Part shown: piece by piece, positions 17,527 through 25,691 of the stretch | Position numbering within the stretch: position 1 is the first letter of the stretch | How the letters are laid out: the number at the start of each line of letters is the position of its first letter | Origin: a virus | Taxonomy: Duplodnaviria > Heunggongvirae > Uroviricota > Caudoviricetes | DNA: 54,597 nt | Reading direction: 5' to 3' (one strand) | IMG/VR virus record: IMGVR_UViG_3300026097_000012 | Span: 72,953 to 127,549 of that record | Made by a program: the position numbers and the translations under genes | The notes under the pieces: generated by a model | Databases searched by the model: none | The model's input: only the letters and a program-made list of their open reading frames with translations | Told to the model about the DNA's origin: nothing

Positions 17527-17981
17527 AAAAGCTATTAGCAATATCTATCCTCGGAATACTGTGTTACTACGGAGTAACGTATTATAACTACATGAACAAT
17601 GGAGTTACGTATGTTGATCCTAACTTAGAGACCTTGGTCGAAGAGTGGAAGTCTGAAGTGGAAGAGCACGGCATCGACCTGAAAGATAGGTATCATAGAA
17701 TCCGAAGGATAGAGATTGTTAGTGACTACGGAGTAAAGAACCTGGCAGGTCAATGTAACTACACAACAAGAGAGATAGGAATAGGTAAAGAACAAGTATT
17801 AAAAGGAAGGTATACTACAATGACAGTACTTTGGCACGAGCTCGGACATTTTGTATTCGAACTCGAGCATCAAGATAGAATCTCTATCATGAATTCCGAA
17901 ACCTTAAGTGAAGAGTATTACAGAAAGCATTGGGAAATACTGAAAGTCAATTACATAAAACAAATCAAAGATGGAATATAG
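17523..17981 (+). CDS. membrane-anchored zincin (matrixin-like) metallopeptidase
   Basis: N-terminal TM; HELGHFVFELEH..IM. Confidence 0.75.
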   Translation: MKKLLAISILGILCYYGVTYYNYMNNGVTYVDPNLETLVEEWKSEVEEHGIDLKDRYHRIRRIEIVSDYGVKNLAGQCNYTTREIGIGKEQVLKGRYTTMTVLWHELGHFVFELEHQDRISIMNSETLSEEYYRKHWEILKVNYIKQIKDGI

Positions 17982-18282
17982 TTATAACAGCGAAGAGATA
18001 CTAAAGAAGTTAGAAGATCTAAAGAACCGAGATGTAGAAGCATTTACCGATTTAGTATTGAAAGCTTTCCGTATCGCGCCAGACCATATTCTTGAAGACC
18101 CACATCCTTCGGCCAATAAGATTAGAGCTTTGAAAGCTATGTTAGAATATTTAGAGACGACTGAACGATATGAAGACTGTGCTTTTATAAAAGGAATCAT
18201 GGATAACATAGAAACCAAAAAGGAAGACATTACTCTATGTGGAGTGTGTGGAGGAGATGCCTCAATTTGCGACGGATGTTAA
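17971..18282 (+). CDS. UVR-motif-containing protein
   Basis: TERYEDCAFIKGIMDNI; C-terminal CGVC..CDGC. Confidence 0.7.
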   Translation: MEYSYNSEEILKKLEDLKNRDVEAFTDLVLKAFRIAPDHILEDPHPSANKIRALKAMLEYLETTERYEDCAFIKGIMDNIETKKEDITLCGVCGGDASICDGC

Positions 18283-18283
18283 T

Positions 18284-18547
18284 ATGAATACCAAGAAAGA
18301 GACATATCTTATTATATCTGAAGCGACAGACCCTCGTCTGTCGTTCGGTCAGGCTATTAGAGCTACAGTTGCAGTAGCAAGTAATTTTAGAAAGGCATAC
18401 GACTTGGCTCTAAGCATGGGCGATATTACTGATCCGAGCCTCGGATATCGCGCCGCCCTTGAACGAACTAACGGAGAGCTGGCATTCCAATTGGAAGAAA
18501 AAGACGGCTCAAAGAAAGTTACAATTGCTCTCATAAAAAAGTACTGA
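18284..18547 (+). CDS. hypothetical protein (start reassigned to 18284)
   Basis: ATG 1 nt after upstream stop. Confidence 0.65.
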   Translation: MNTKKETYLIISEATDPRLSFGQAIRATVAVASNFRKAYDLALSMGDITDPSLGYRAALERTNGELAFQLEEKDGSKKVTIALIKKY

Positions 18548-18575
18548 TTAATTTTTTTAACCCAAGAATTTTACG

Positions 18576-18583
18576 TATATTTA
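18576..18583 (+). promoter_or_regulatory. TATATTTA promoter
   Basis: T-tract about 17 bp upstream; A-rich leader. Confidence 0.65.
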
Positions 18584-18611
18584 TATTATAAACCAATAAA
18601 CAGCTAATATT

Positions 18612-18860
18612 ATGAAAAAGATAATTTTAACAATAGCATTAATGGTAATAGCAATCTCATGTGATATGTCGACTGAGCCTGATGTATCATACGATGAGAT
18701 TCATAATTGCCTACCAATTCCTAGTGATGTGCCACATGTGTATAAGAGTGGTTCCCCTATCGAATGGGATTGTGAAATGAATTCGTATTACAAAAACGGA
18801 GATCTCATTTTACATTACGATAGCGATAGCAACCTCATCATGATTGAAAAGATCTGGTAA
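18612..18860 (+). CDS. putative lipoprotein
   Basis: Signal peptide ending AISC. Confidence 0.7.
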   Translation: MKKIILTIALMVIAISCDMSTEPDVSYDEIHNCLPIPSDVPHVYKSGSPIEWDCEMNSYYKNGDLILHYDSDSNLIMIEKIW

Positions 18861-19042
18861 TGGATAAGGTAGAACGAATACTTAATCTGATATCTGAGAA
18901 ATCGAGAGGATTACAGGAAGAACTGGACTCAATGTCTCCTATCTCTTTAAATGAAGATGCGAAGGCGGAGTTATTTACTCAAATTTCAACACTGGATGAA
19001 TTATACAATGAGGTAAAACTAATACAGAAACAAGATGATTAA
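18860..19042 (+). CDS. coiled-coil hypothetical protein
   Basis: TAATG coupling. Confidence 0.65.
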   Translation: MDKVERILNLISEKSRGLQEELDSMSPISLNEDAKAELFTQISTLDELYNEVKLIQKQDD

Positions 19043-19376
19043 ATTTATAAAGACATACTTTAAAGAAAAGGCGGAATCTAACCTGATCCAAGAGCAAGAA
19101 GCCAAGGATAAGGCAAAAGCTAATGCTGCTCGAAAGAAGAAAACCTTTGTAAACGAAATCAAAGCTCTTAGACTTATAGCAATTAATAATGCAAGGTATA
19201 TAAGAGCAAGTATTAACACCTTAAACGGATCAGTGAATCATGCTAAAGGATCAAGTGCAGCGGAGACCAAAAAAAAGAGAGCTGTTCTTCGTGAAAGATT
19301 AGAATGGCTCAAAAGTAAGAAGGACGAAGAGGAAGTAATGGTAGATTACTATAACTCTCTTTTAGGAAAAAATTAA
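19035..19376 (+). CDS. basic coiled-coil hypothetical protein
   Basis: ORF before terminator. Confidence 0.7.
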   Translation: MIKFIKTYFKEKAESNLIQEQEAKDKAKANAARKKKTFVNEIKALRLIAINNARYIRASINTLNGSVNHAKGSSAAETKKKRAVLRERLEWLKSKKDEEEVMVDYYNSLLGKN

Positions 19377-19401
19377 AGGAAATCATAGTTTAGTTTGTTT
19401 A

Positions 19402-19425
19402 GACCCTGCTTCGGCGGGGTTTTTT
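19402..19425 (+). terminator. Intrinsic terminator
   Basis: GACCCTGC-TTCG-GCGGGGTT + T. Confidence 0.8.
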
Positions 19426-19439
19426 GTCTCGGTAACTAG

Positions 19440-19592
19440 GAGCCAAGCTCAGAAATCACGTTAGCCTTGACACTCGCTCTGGATCTTGGAGCCAGTTACT
19501 ATAGGCATGCAAGACGTCGGCGTTGGCTCCCGATAAATGTTGAAAATTGTTGGGTAAATGTCGAAAGAATCCCAACATTATTAGTATATTTA
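19440..19592 (+). promoter_or_regulatory. Two tandem dyads + promoter
   Basis: 19440-19479 and 19489-19529; TATATTTA at 19585. Confidence 0.8.
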
Positions 19593-19615
19593 TAATAACC
19601 TTAATATAAAACAAA

Positions 19616-20065
19616 ATGAAAAAACCCATATTCATATTACGATTAGGAATCGAGACAATAGTAGAAATAGACAAAGTATCAGTAGGTCATTTACAGGAGG
19701 AACTTGAAGACATTGCAGGATGTTCTCTTCCATTCGGTATATTATCTATCATTAATACTGATCTGTCCCCTAAAGAGCTCAAGGATTTATACGTTCAAGC
19801 AGCTGAAGAACTAGGAGACCATGCTCCAGTTGTAGTGTGGGATCCTTCTAGTAAGGATGCAACGTTTGACCTAAGAGATTTTCCCCAAGTAAAAGACATG
19901 ATAGATGCCTGGGAAGCGCATTATGATAAGGACCTTATTCCTCAGAAAAATGATATGTGCAACATGACCCTAGAAGAGCTTATCGACAAAGTCGGCAGAA
20001 CGGGCCGGGATTCGCTAACTCCTCTGGAGTTTGCACGACTAGAATTTTTATCAAAAAACTACTAG
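19616..20065 (+). CDS. hypothetical protein with DUF6576-like C-terminal tail
   Basis: LIDKVGRTGRDSLTPLE. Confidence 0.65.
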   Translation: MKKPIFILRLGIETIVEIDKVSVGHLQEELEDIAGCSLPFGILSIINTDLSPKELKDLYVQAAEELGDHAPVVVWDPSSKDATFDLRDFPQVKDMIDAWEAHYDKDLIPQKNDMCNMTLEELIDKVGRTGRDSLTPLEFARLEFLSKNY

Positions 20066-20091
20066 AATTTTTTTAACCCAAATTAAATTCT

Positions 20092-20099
20092 TATATTTA
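20092..20099 (+). promoter_or_regulatory. TATATTTA promoter
   Basis: T-tract upstream; leader TATCTTAATTAATAACTT. Confidence 0.7.
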
Positions 20100-20136
20100 C
20101 ATATCTTAATTAATAACTTATAAAATAATAAACAAC

Positions 20137-21279
20137 ATGATTGAATTAAAAGGATCTAAAAAGGAACAATCGGTAAGAAACTGGTTTAATAAAAAGCATA
20201 ATGGAGTTGTGCCTAACTCAAAGGTGATTGACCTATTTAAAGTATTCGAGGTCGAAGTACCTGGAATTTCTTATGGCTGTCTAAACGGTACCATGAAAAA
20301 GATCGTGGCAGAAGGTCACGTTGACATGTCAGCTCCACAAAGTAAAGGTGGGACTACGGAGTCCACTACTCCAGTTGAGCCAGTAGAGGCAGAAATTGTA
20401 ACAGTGGAAGACATGGATTTTCCTGACTTCGGTCTACATAGAACCGGTAAAGAAATCGATCATCTATTCTCAGATCATGAGGAAGGTGGAGGTCAATACG
20501 GCGGTACGGTAACCATTATAATTGGAGAGTCAGGAGTAGGGAAGTCTACCTTATTATTAGACGCTCTTGCTTCAATACAAAATGTAAACCCTGAAGCTAA
20601 GGTATTATATGTATCTAGTGAGATGACGAAAAATGATATCGGATTCTACTACAAAAAAACTCCGGCAATTGGAAAGGTACCGACCCTTCTCTTAATGAGC
20701 CATGTAAAGGACGGAAGCATGGATCAGGTAATTCAAGACGAGTTCAATAAGGACTATGACATTATCTTATTAGACTCTTACCAAGATGTTGTTGTGAAAC
20801 TGAAAGAGGTTAAGGGATGGAAATCTACTTACGCTGAGTCTTGGTTAACTAACATCATGATCGATGCGGCAGAGAATAATGGTGCTGCGATCTGGGCAAT
20901 TCAACACATGACTAAAGGAGGTCAGTATGTAGGGTCAACTTACCTAAAGCACGCAACTACAGCCATGCTTGAGATCATGTTCGATGAGGCTGGACAGAGA
21001 TACGTAGAGTTCTCAAAGAACAGAAGAGGTGGATCAGCTGTTGGTAATAGACTTTACTTTAGACTGATCGACGGTGATGTAGTGTACGATGCAAATCGAT
21101 TTAAAGAAACTAAGGAGCTCAAAGAAATGGAGGACAACGAGTCTATACGTCAAACTGATCTCTCTAAAAAGTTCGAAGAGATATTTGTATTTGGAGCTAA
21201 TGAAGCGTCTAAGGACGAGGAATCAGACGAAGGCGCCAACAAGATAGAGCTAGAAATAGTTGAACCTTCTGAAGAATAG
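20137..21279 (+). CDS. RadA/Sms-like RecA-superfamily ATPase
   Basis: Walker A GESGVGKST, LYVSSE, Walker B IILLDS, QHMTK..G...LKH, SKNRRG. Confidence 0.8.
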   Translation: MIELKGSKKEQSVRNWFNKKHNGVVPNSKVIDLFKVFEVEVPGISYGCLNGTMKKIVAEGHVDMSAPQSKGGTTESTTPVEPVEAEIVTVEDMDFPDFGLHRTGKEIDHLFSDHEEGGGQYGGTVTIIIGESGVGKSTLLLDALASIQNVNPEAKVLYVSSEMTKNDIGFYYKKTPAIGKVPTLLLMSHVKDGSMDQVIQDEFNKDYDIILLDSYQDVVVKLKEVKGWKSTYAESWLTNIMIDAAENNGAAIWAIQHMTKGGQYVGSTYLKHATTAMLEIMFDEAGQRYVEFSKNRRGGSAVGNRLYFRLIDGDVVYDANRFKETKELKEMEDNESIRQTDLSKKFEEIFVFGANEASKDEESDEGANKIELEIVEPSEE

Positions 21280-21344
21280 TTGAAATTATAAAACCAAATT
21301 GAGTATAATAGATATAACCTTATAAAAACAAATCAAATATTATT

Positions 21345-22535
21345 ATGGGAAAACGAGAAGTAACGGACGCACAGTTCCAAGAAATTAAAAACAAAGTCGG
21401 CCAAGCTGAGTCGGCTGTAAAAAGAGTACCTATATCTGCGATCTCCGTAGATCATGAGACTCTTAGACGAGGAAGAATCCTCGTTGGTGGTCAGCCGGTT
21501 AAAGTAAGTTCAGGCTTTTTCTCAAAGCTCGGACAAATGCTAAAGATCTCTACTTCTCTTACGAGAAAGATGATTGAGAAAGGAGACACGCAGATTGCGG
21601 CTGCTCTTATTAATGGTCTTAAGGACTATTCAGTTAAGAACAAAAAGGACAACGACGTAATGTTAATTGCAAACGTTAACTCTAAAGAAATCGTTGACAT
21701 TTGTACTCCTAATAGATATAAGAGAGTTACGAATGATACTTTGTTCGATGTAACAGAACGCATCTTGAACGACAACTCTTCTCTTATCTTAGAGACAGTG
21801 GACTTCAATCCGAATACCGGTAAAGCATCAATTAACTTTCTTAATCAGGAAGAGGTTGGATTTGCACAGGCAGGTAAAGATGAGTTCTTTAAATTCGGGT
21901 TCTCTCTTATTCAAACGAACAAAGATACCATTGTGGAATCTTACAATCAACGTTTGATCTGTACTAATGGACTCCGTACTTCACTAGGTGGAGGGGTTAT
22001 TGGGGGAACTTCAAACAAGGGAATGAGTTTCGACGATAAGTTCAGACTAGGCGGAACCTCAACTGAGGATATTCGAATCTTCTTGAACAAAATCGAAGAC
22101 ATGAAGAAAGCTAACTTCGTACCTGGTACATTTGAAGGAGCTATCAACCGTGCAGTAGGAACTAAAGCTTCGTACCTTGAAGTTGAAAAAGCCTGGAAAG
22201 CTGCACATGCCAAAGTAGAGGATATTAATCCTGATATGCGAAAGCAATATCAAGCTGCGATGGCAAGAGACTTCTTCCATGCTTATGGAAACACAATGAA
22301 TCGAATTAAGAACAAAGGAACTGATCCATTGGGTCTTAATGAAAAGCAAAAGTCATTCATTAAAACTGACATGTCGATCTGGGATGTAGTTAATTCAATG
22401 ACATTCCTAGGTTCAAATAACTCAGGGTTCGAATTGGCAAACAAGCACGAACTAAAGTATTCAGCTGGGGAGCTGTTCGCGAAAGGCACAAAGGAAGGTT
22501 ACGACCTGGAATTTGCGCAATACGCAAACCTATAA
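21345..22535 (+). CDS. DUF932-like protein
   Basis: GFSL..RLICTNGL motif. Confidence 0.6.
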   Translation: MGKREVTDAQFQEIKNKVGQAESAVKRVPISAISVDHETLRRGRILVGGQPVKVSSGFFSKLGQMLKISTSLTRKMIEKGDTQIAAALINGLKDYSVKNKKDNDVMLIANVNSKEIVDICTPNRYKRVTNDTLFDVTERILNDNSSLILETVDFNPNTGKASINFLNQEEVGFAQAGKDEFFKFGFSLIQTNKDTIVESYNQRLICTNGLRTSLGGGVIGGTSNKGMSFDDKFRLGGTSTEDIRIFLNKIEDMKKANFVPGTFEGAINRAVGTKASYLEVEKAWKAAHAKVEDINPDMRKQYQAAMARDFFHAYGNTMNRIKNKGTDPLGLNEKQKSFIKTDMSIWDVVNSMTFLGSNNSGFELANKHELKYSAGELFAKGTKEGYDLEFAQYANL

Positions 22536-22559
22536 AATAGGTTGTTTAATTAAGGTAGA

Positions 22560-22586
22560 AAGCCTGGCGAAAGTCAGGCTTTTTTT
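22560..22586 (+). terminator. Intrinsic terminator
   Basis: AAGCCTGGC-GAAA-GTCAGGCTT + T. Confidence 0.85.
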
Positions 22587-22668
22587 GTGTGTAGAATCGG
22601 GAGAGATCTATCTTGTACTAAGATGTACTGGCTCGCTCCGTGCCCGCCGAGCCCAGTGGACCGTTTTG

Positions 22669-22956
22669 CTACTCCCGGGACGGGGGCCCATCGGGAAATA
22701 GACTTTTTTCTAATTTGTCTACTTCAATGGATTGACTATGCATCTTAGCGCAAGTCTCATATAGCTCTAGATCTGAATAGTAATCTATCAAGGCCTTCAT
22801 AAATTCCTGACCGTGTATAATCCTAATAGTTCCATAGTTTTCGGTAACCATGTTAATATGTAAGCTCTTTACTGTGGACTCTGTTATCTTAACAGGTACA
22901 TCTATTTTAGCTCTAATTTCTAACATTAGTATTCTTATATAGGTTAACTCATTCAT
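22669..22956 (-). CDS. UVR-motif-containing protein
   Basis: LELYETCAKM. Confidence 0.65.
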   Translation of the reverse strand: MNELTYIRILMLEIRAKIDVPVKITESTVKSLHINMVTENYGTIRIIHGQEFMKALIDYYSDLELYETCAKMHSQSIEVDKLEKSLFPDGPPSRE

Positions 22957-23163
22957 TTAATTCTTGCCTCCTAATAGGTCATCAATATGATCCTCTAGGG
23001 TTTCATATAAAGGCTCCATCTCTTCTGGACTATATGTACACAGAATAAGTAAATCGCAGACCACTCCCATGTTACTCAGATTCACGTCCTCATGTCCTTC
23101 ATATCGATCTTTAATAGTATGTAAGGTCTTTCTTATATTGTCCCATTCCTTATCTATGTTCAT
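22957..23163 (-). CDS. hypothetical protein
   Basis: Coupled to downstream gene. Confidence 0.65.
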   Translation of the reverse strand: MNIDKEWDNIRKTLHTIKDRYEGHEDVNLSNMGVVCDLLILCTYSPEEMEPLYETLEDHIDDLLGGKN

Positions 23164-23229
23164 AATAATTCTTTTTTATTATTTATTCGCAATATGAAAT
23201 AATGGAGATACTAGTGGTATAATAATAAT

Positions 23230-23382
23230 ATGAAAGACAGATGGAGAGCCTTAACTATAGAATTAGAATCCTTAATAGGATATGACGCGACAACCGAGGT
23301 AACTGCTAGAATTACCGCCCGCAAAACAGGTGCTACTGCCAATCTTGAATCATTAGATAAAATAGTTACGGAGCTCAAGTAA
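23230..23382 (+). CDS. 50-aa hypothetical protein
   Basis: TATAAT-like box upstream, terminator downstream. Confidence 0.55.
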   Translation: MKDRWRALTIELESLIGYDATTEVTARITARKTGATANLESLDKIVTELK

Positions 23383-23404
23383 GCTCGAACAAATTCCATT
23401 AGAG

Positions 23405-23432
23405 AACCTCAGCACGAAGCTGGGGTTTTTTT
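23405..23432 (+). terminator. Intrinsic terminator
   Basis: AACCTCAGC-ACGAA-GCTGGGGTT + T. Confidence 0.8.
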
Positions 23433-23549
23433 GTGTCTTCTCCTGGGCGAGCTTTTCTTAGTTCTCCTACCTGGAGGAGATAGCTCGCTCCGACTCGAGC
23501 GAACTTTAAATATAATAACTCCTTTGGAAGAAGTAAAATTTATGGCCAT

Positions 23550-24143
23550 TTAATCCTTCTCGCTCGGTAAGGCTCTCGCAAGCTTAGCTTCTTCTATTAG
23601 CTTAGCCAAATCCTCGCTCTGTTCTTCTAGATAATAGGGATCAGTTAACACGGGATTCATTATCACAACATCTGTTCCATGGTACTTGCATAATTCGGCA
23701 AAGAATTCGTATGCCACACGTGATATCCTACACTTAGTATCGACCACCACTGCGTCTACCTTTCCGGCCATAATATCTCTTAGTAGCTGGTGGAACTGAG
23801 GGCGTCCAGACTGCGAGTGATCGGTGCTACTACCAATATCCTCATATATCTTCTCTAGGGAAATACCTCGCTTGGTACAGAAGTGTCGCATTAGATTCTT
23901 CTGAGCCTGTAGCTGGCTCGAGTCCGGCTTAAACCTTTTACCTACCCTTACATAACCTACTATCCAGTGTTCCTTGGTAATTCTTTTACCTACCATGGCG
24001 TAAACATCCTCGTCCCAGTAATTATTCTTACCTTTCTTTCCGTACATCTCGTATTTGTATACACGGATCTTTCCAGATTTAGCGTATCTCTTTAGAGTAG
24101 AATAACTACATCCTAGGACTCTTAGTGCCTCTGTCTTAGTCAT
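23550..24143 (-). CDS. IS607 TnpA-like serine recombinase (MerR-HTH + resolvase domain), catalytic Ser replaced by Gly
   Basis: N-terminal EALRVLGCSYSTLKRY; GYVRVG in place of YxRVS; EDIGS..RPQF; no TnpB nearby. Confidence 0.85.
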   Translation of the reverse strand: MTKTEALRVLGCSYSTLKRYAKSGKIRVYKYEMYGKKGKNNYWDEDVYAMVGKRITKEHWIVGYVRVGKRFKPDSSQLQAQKNLMRHFCTKRGISLEKIYEDIGSSTDHSQSGRPQFHQLLRDIMAGKVDAVVVDTKCRISRVAYEFFAELCKYHGTDVVIMNPVLTDPYYLEEQSEDLAKLIEEAKLARALPSEKD

Positions 24144-24179
24144 ATATGTCTGATTCTTTTAAGTGTTACTACGGAGTCC

Positions 24180-24700
24180 CTATACACGGACAGGGGAATC
24201 CTTTTAGTTATTTATCAGGAGATAGTGGTTCAAAAAATTAGAAATGAACCTCAGCTGAGCACCAGTCATGATATGTACCTCTACTTCGTCGTCGTCGCCA
24301 ACGTTTGTCCTGGAGCCCGAGGGAAGACGCCCAACCCACGCAACTGTTGACGTTGCCCCCAAACAGGCCGAACGGGCACACGTCGAAAGGGCACAGGCCG
24401 AACGGGCACACGCCGAACGGGCACACCTGGTACAGGAGGACAAGGGACTAGGTGGTATCGGGACCGTAGGTCCACGATCACCAGCTGTACTACGGAGTAA
24501 AACGTGTAGGAGAGGGGGACCAGGTGACGTGTGGCGAGGCCACGGCTGGCCCTGGAGGTCTATAAAAAGGTCTTATACGTCAAGTAACTAGGTCAGTACA
24601 ACTGAGCTGTACTACGGAGTAAGGAGGTATAGGAGATTCTTTTATTTCTTTATTAGTTTATATAGGAGTAGACATAATAGAAGGGTCTATAGTAGTTTTA
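24180..24700. repeat. GC-rich non-coding island with tandem repeats
   Basis: GCCGAACGGGCACAC-type units 24367-24426; AGCTGTACTACGGAGTAA at 24483 and 24606. Confidence 0.8.
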
Positions 24701-24708
24701 TTATTTCT

Positions 24709-24912
24709 TTAATTAGTGGTACCGCGCGGTGACTGGAAAGGGGTGTGAGAAAATCCGTGCGTTAGGAGTGGTAGGCGCTCTAAAACACTCTCAATTCCGA
24801 CAGGAAATATGTTGCCGTGGTTTACAACATAGGCGAGCTTTCCCTTGACTTTATACAATTCTGCGCCTGTACCTCTATAATAGAATTCTAGTCTTGCTCC
24901 CTTATCTCGCAT
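24709..24912 (-). CDS. hypothetical protein
   Basis: Last gene of - strand block. Confidence 0.55.
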   Translation of the reverse strand: MRDKGARLEFYYRGTGAELYKVKGKLAYVVNHGNIFPVGIESVLERLPLLTHGFSHTPFQSPRGTTN

Positions 24913-25130
24913 TCTAATATTTTTAATTGGGTTCCGATAGATTTGAGTCTCTCTTCCATTGTGATTAATAAATGAGGTGGAATTCTCTTCTTTATAGAGT
25001 AACCGGTTCCTGCGTTTTTAGTATACATTATTCCGTGGACTTTGAGTCTTAATACCCCTACTGATGTCAAACTATGTTGGAATAAGAGTTGCTCTATTAT
25101 GTGACCCTTTGTCTGATCTACTGGTGTCAT
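24888..25130 (-). CDS. hypothetical protein (DQTKG motif variant)
   Basis: ATGA coupling. Confidence 0.65.
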   Translation of the reverse strand: MTPVDQTKGHIIEQLLFQHSLTSVGVLRLKVHGIMYTKNAGTGYSIKKRIPPHLLITMEERLKSIGTQLKILECEIREQD

Positions 25131-25324
25131 TTGCGTATAATATTATCTTGAGTATTGGGGACTACGGAGTAAACTACAGGCAAATACGGTTCTATAGAAA
25201 AGAGGATACGATCTGCCTCACCGTATATTCCAGTCATAGTAGCCATTCTACCACGAATCTTTATCTCTTCAAATCCATTCCTATTGGAGAAATGTTCCTC
25301 TATTCTCTTACCTAGATCTTGCAT
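25127..25324 (-). CDS. hypothetical protein
   Basis: Coupled ORF. Confidence 0.6.
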   Translation of the reverse strand: MQDLGKRIEEHFSNRNGFEEIKIRGRMATMTGIYGEADRILFSIEPYLPVVYSVVPNTQDNIIRK

Positions 25325-25463
25325 TATATTCCTTTAATAGGATGAGTCTCATGTATGCCAATAATTGATATCATTACCCTATTGTTGGGTTTTATCTTTA
25401 TCCAAAATATCCGGCTTGGAGCCGTCTCTTCGAAGTGAGCTTCTATTAATTGGCCTTGGTTAT

Positions 25464-25691
25464 TCATCTCTTTTTATGTAACGGTGGTGGAACATTATAG
25501 AGTTTGCTTAGTGAGAGTAAATAACTATAAGAAGAAGGCATGCCTCCTGTAGCGACTTCCCCTATATGTAGATAAAATCCTTCCCAGTCATTGAGGTAAT
25601 AACCTTTTTCTTGCGGTCTAGGATCCGGGCTATACCTTACCTTGGTCCAGTCATAATCAAATGCTAATCTCATGTCGTCTTCTTCGGCCAT
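25464..25691 (-). CDS. hypothetical protein (PQEKG motif)
   Basis: Coupled ORF. Confidence 0.65.
   Translation of the reverse strand: MAEEDDMRLAFDYDWTKVRYSPDPRPQEKGYYLNDWEGFYLHIGEVATGGMPSSYSYLLSLSKLYNVPPPLHKKR

Noticed and set aside
3611-19529. Dyads as integron attC sites served by the 53616 recombinase
   Set aside because: No RYYYAAC/GTTRRRY ends and interiors do not pair. The recombinase lacks the IntI-specific insertion before HTLRH.
23550-24143. Intact IS607 element
   Set aside because: No TnpB, no recognisable ends, and the catalytic Ser is absent.
24204-24591. ORFs 24204-24443, 24238-24426, 24268-24591, 24281-24481
   Set aside because: They arise from the GC-rich tandem repeat on both strands, with atypical composition and no leader.
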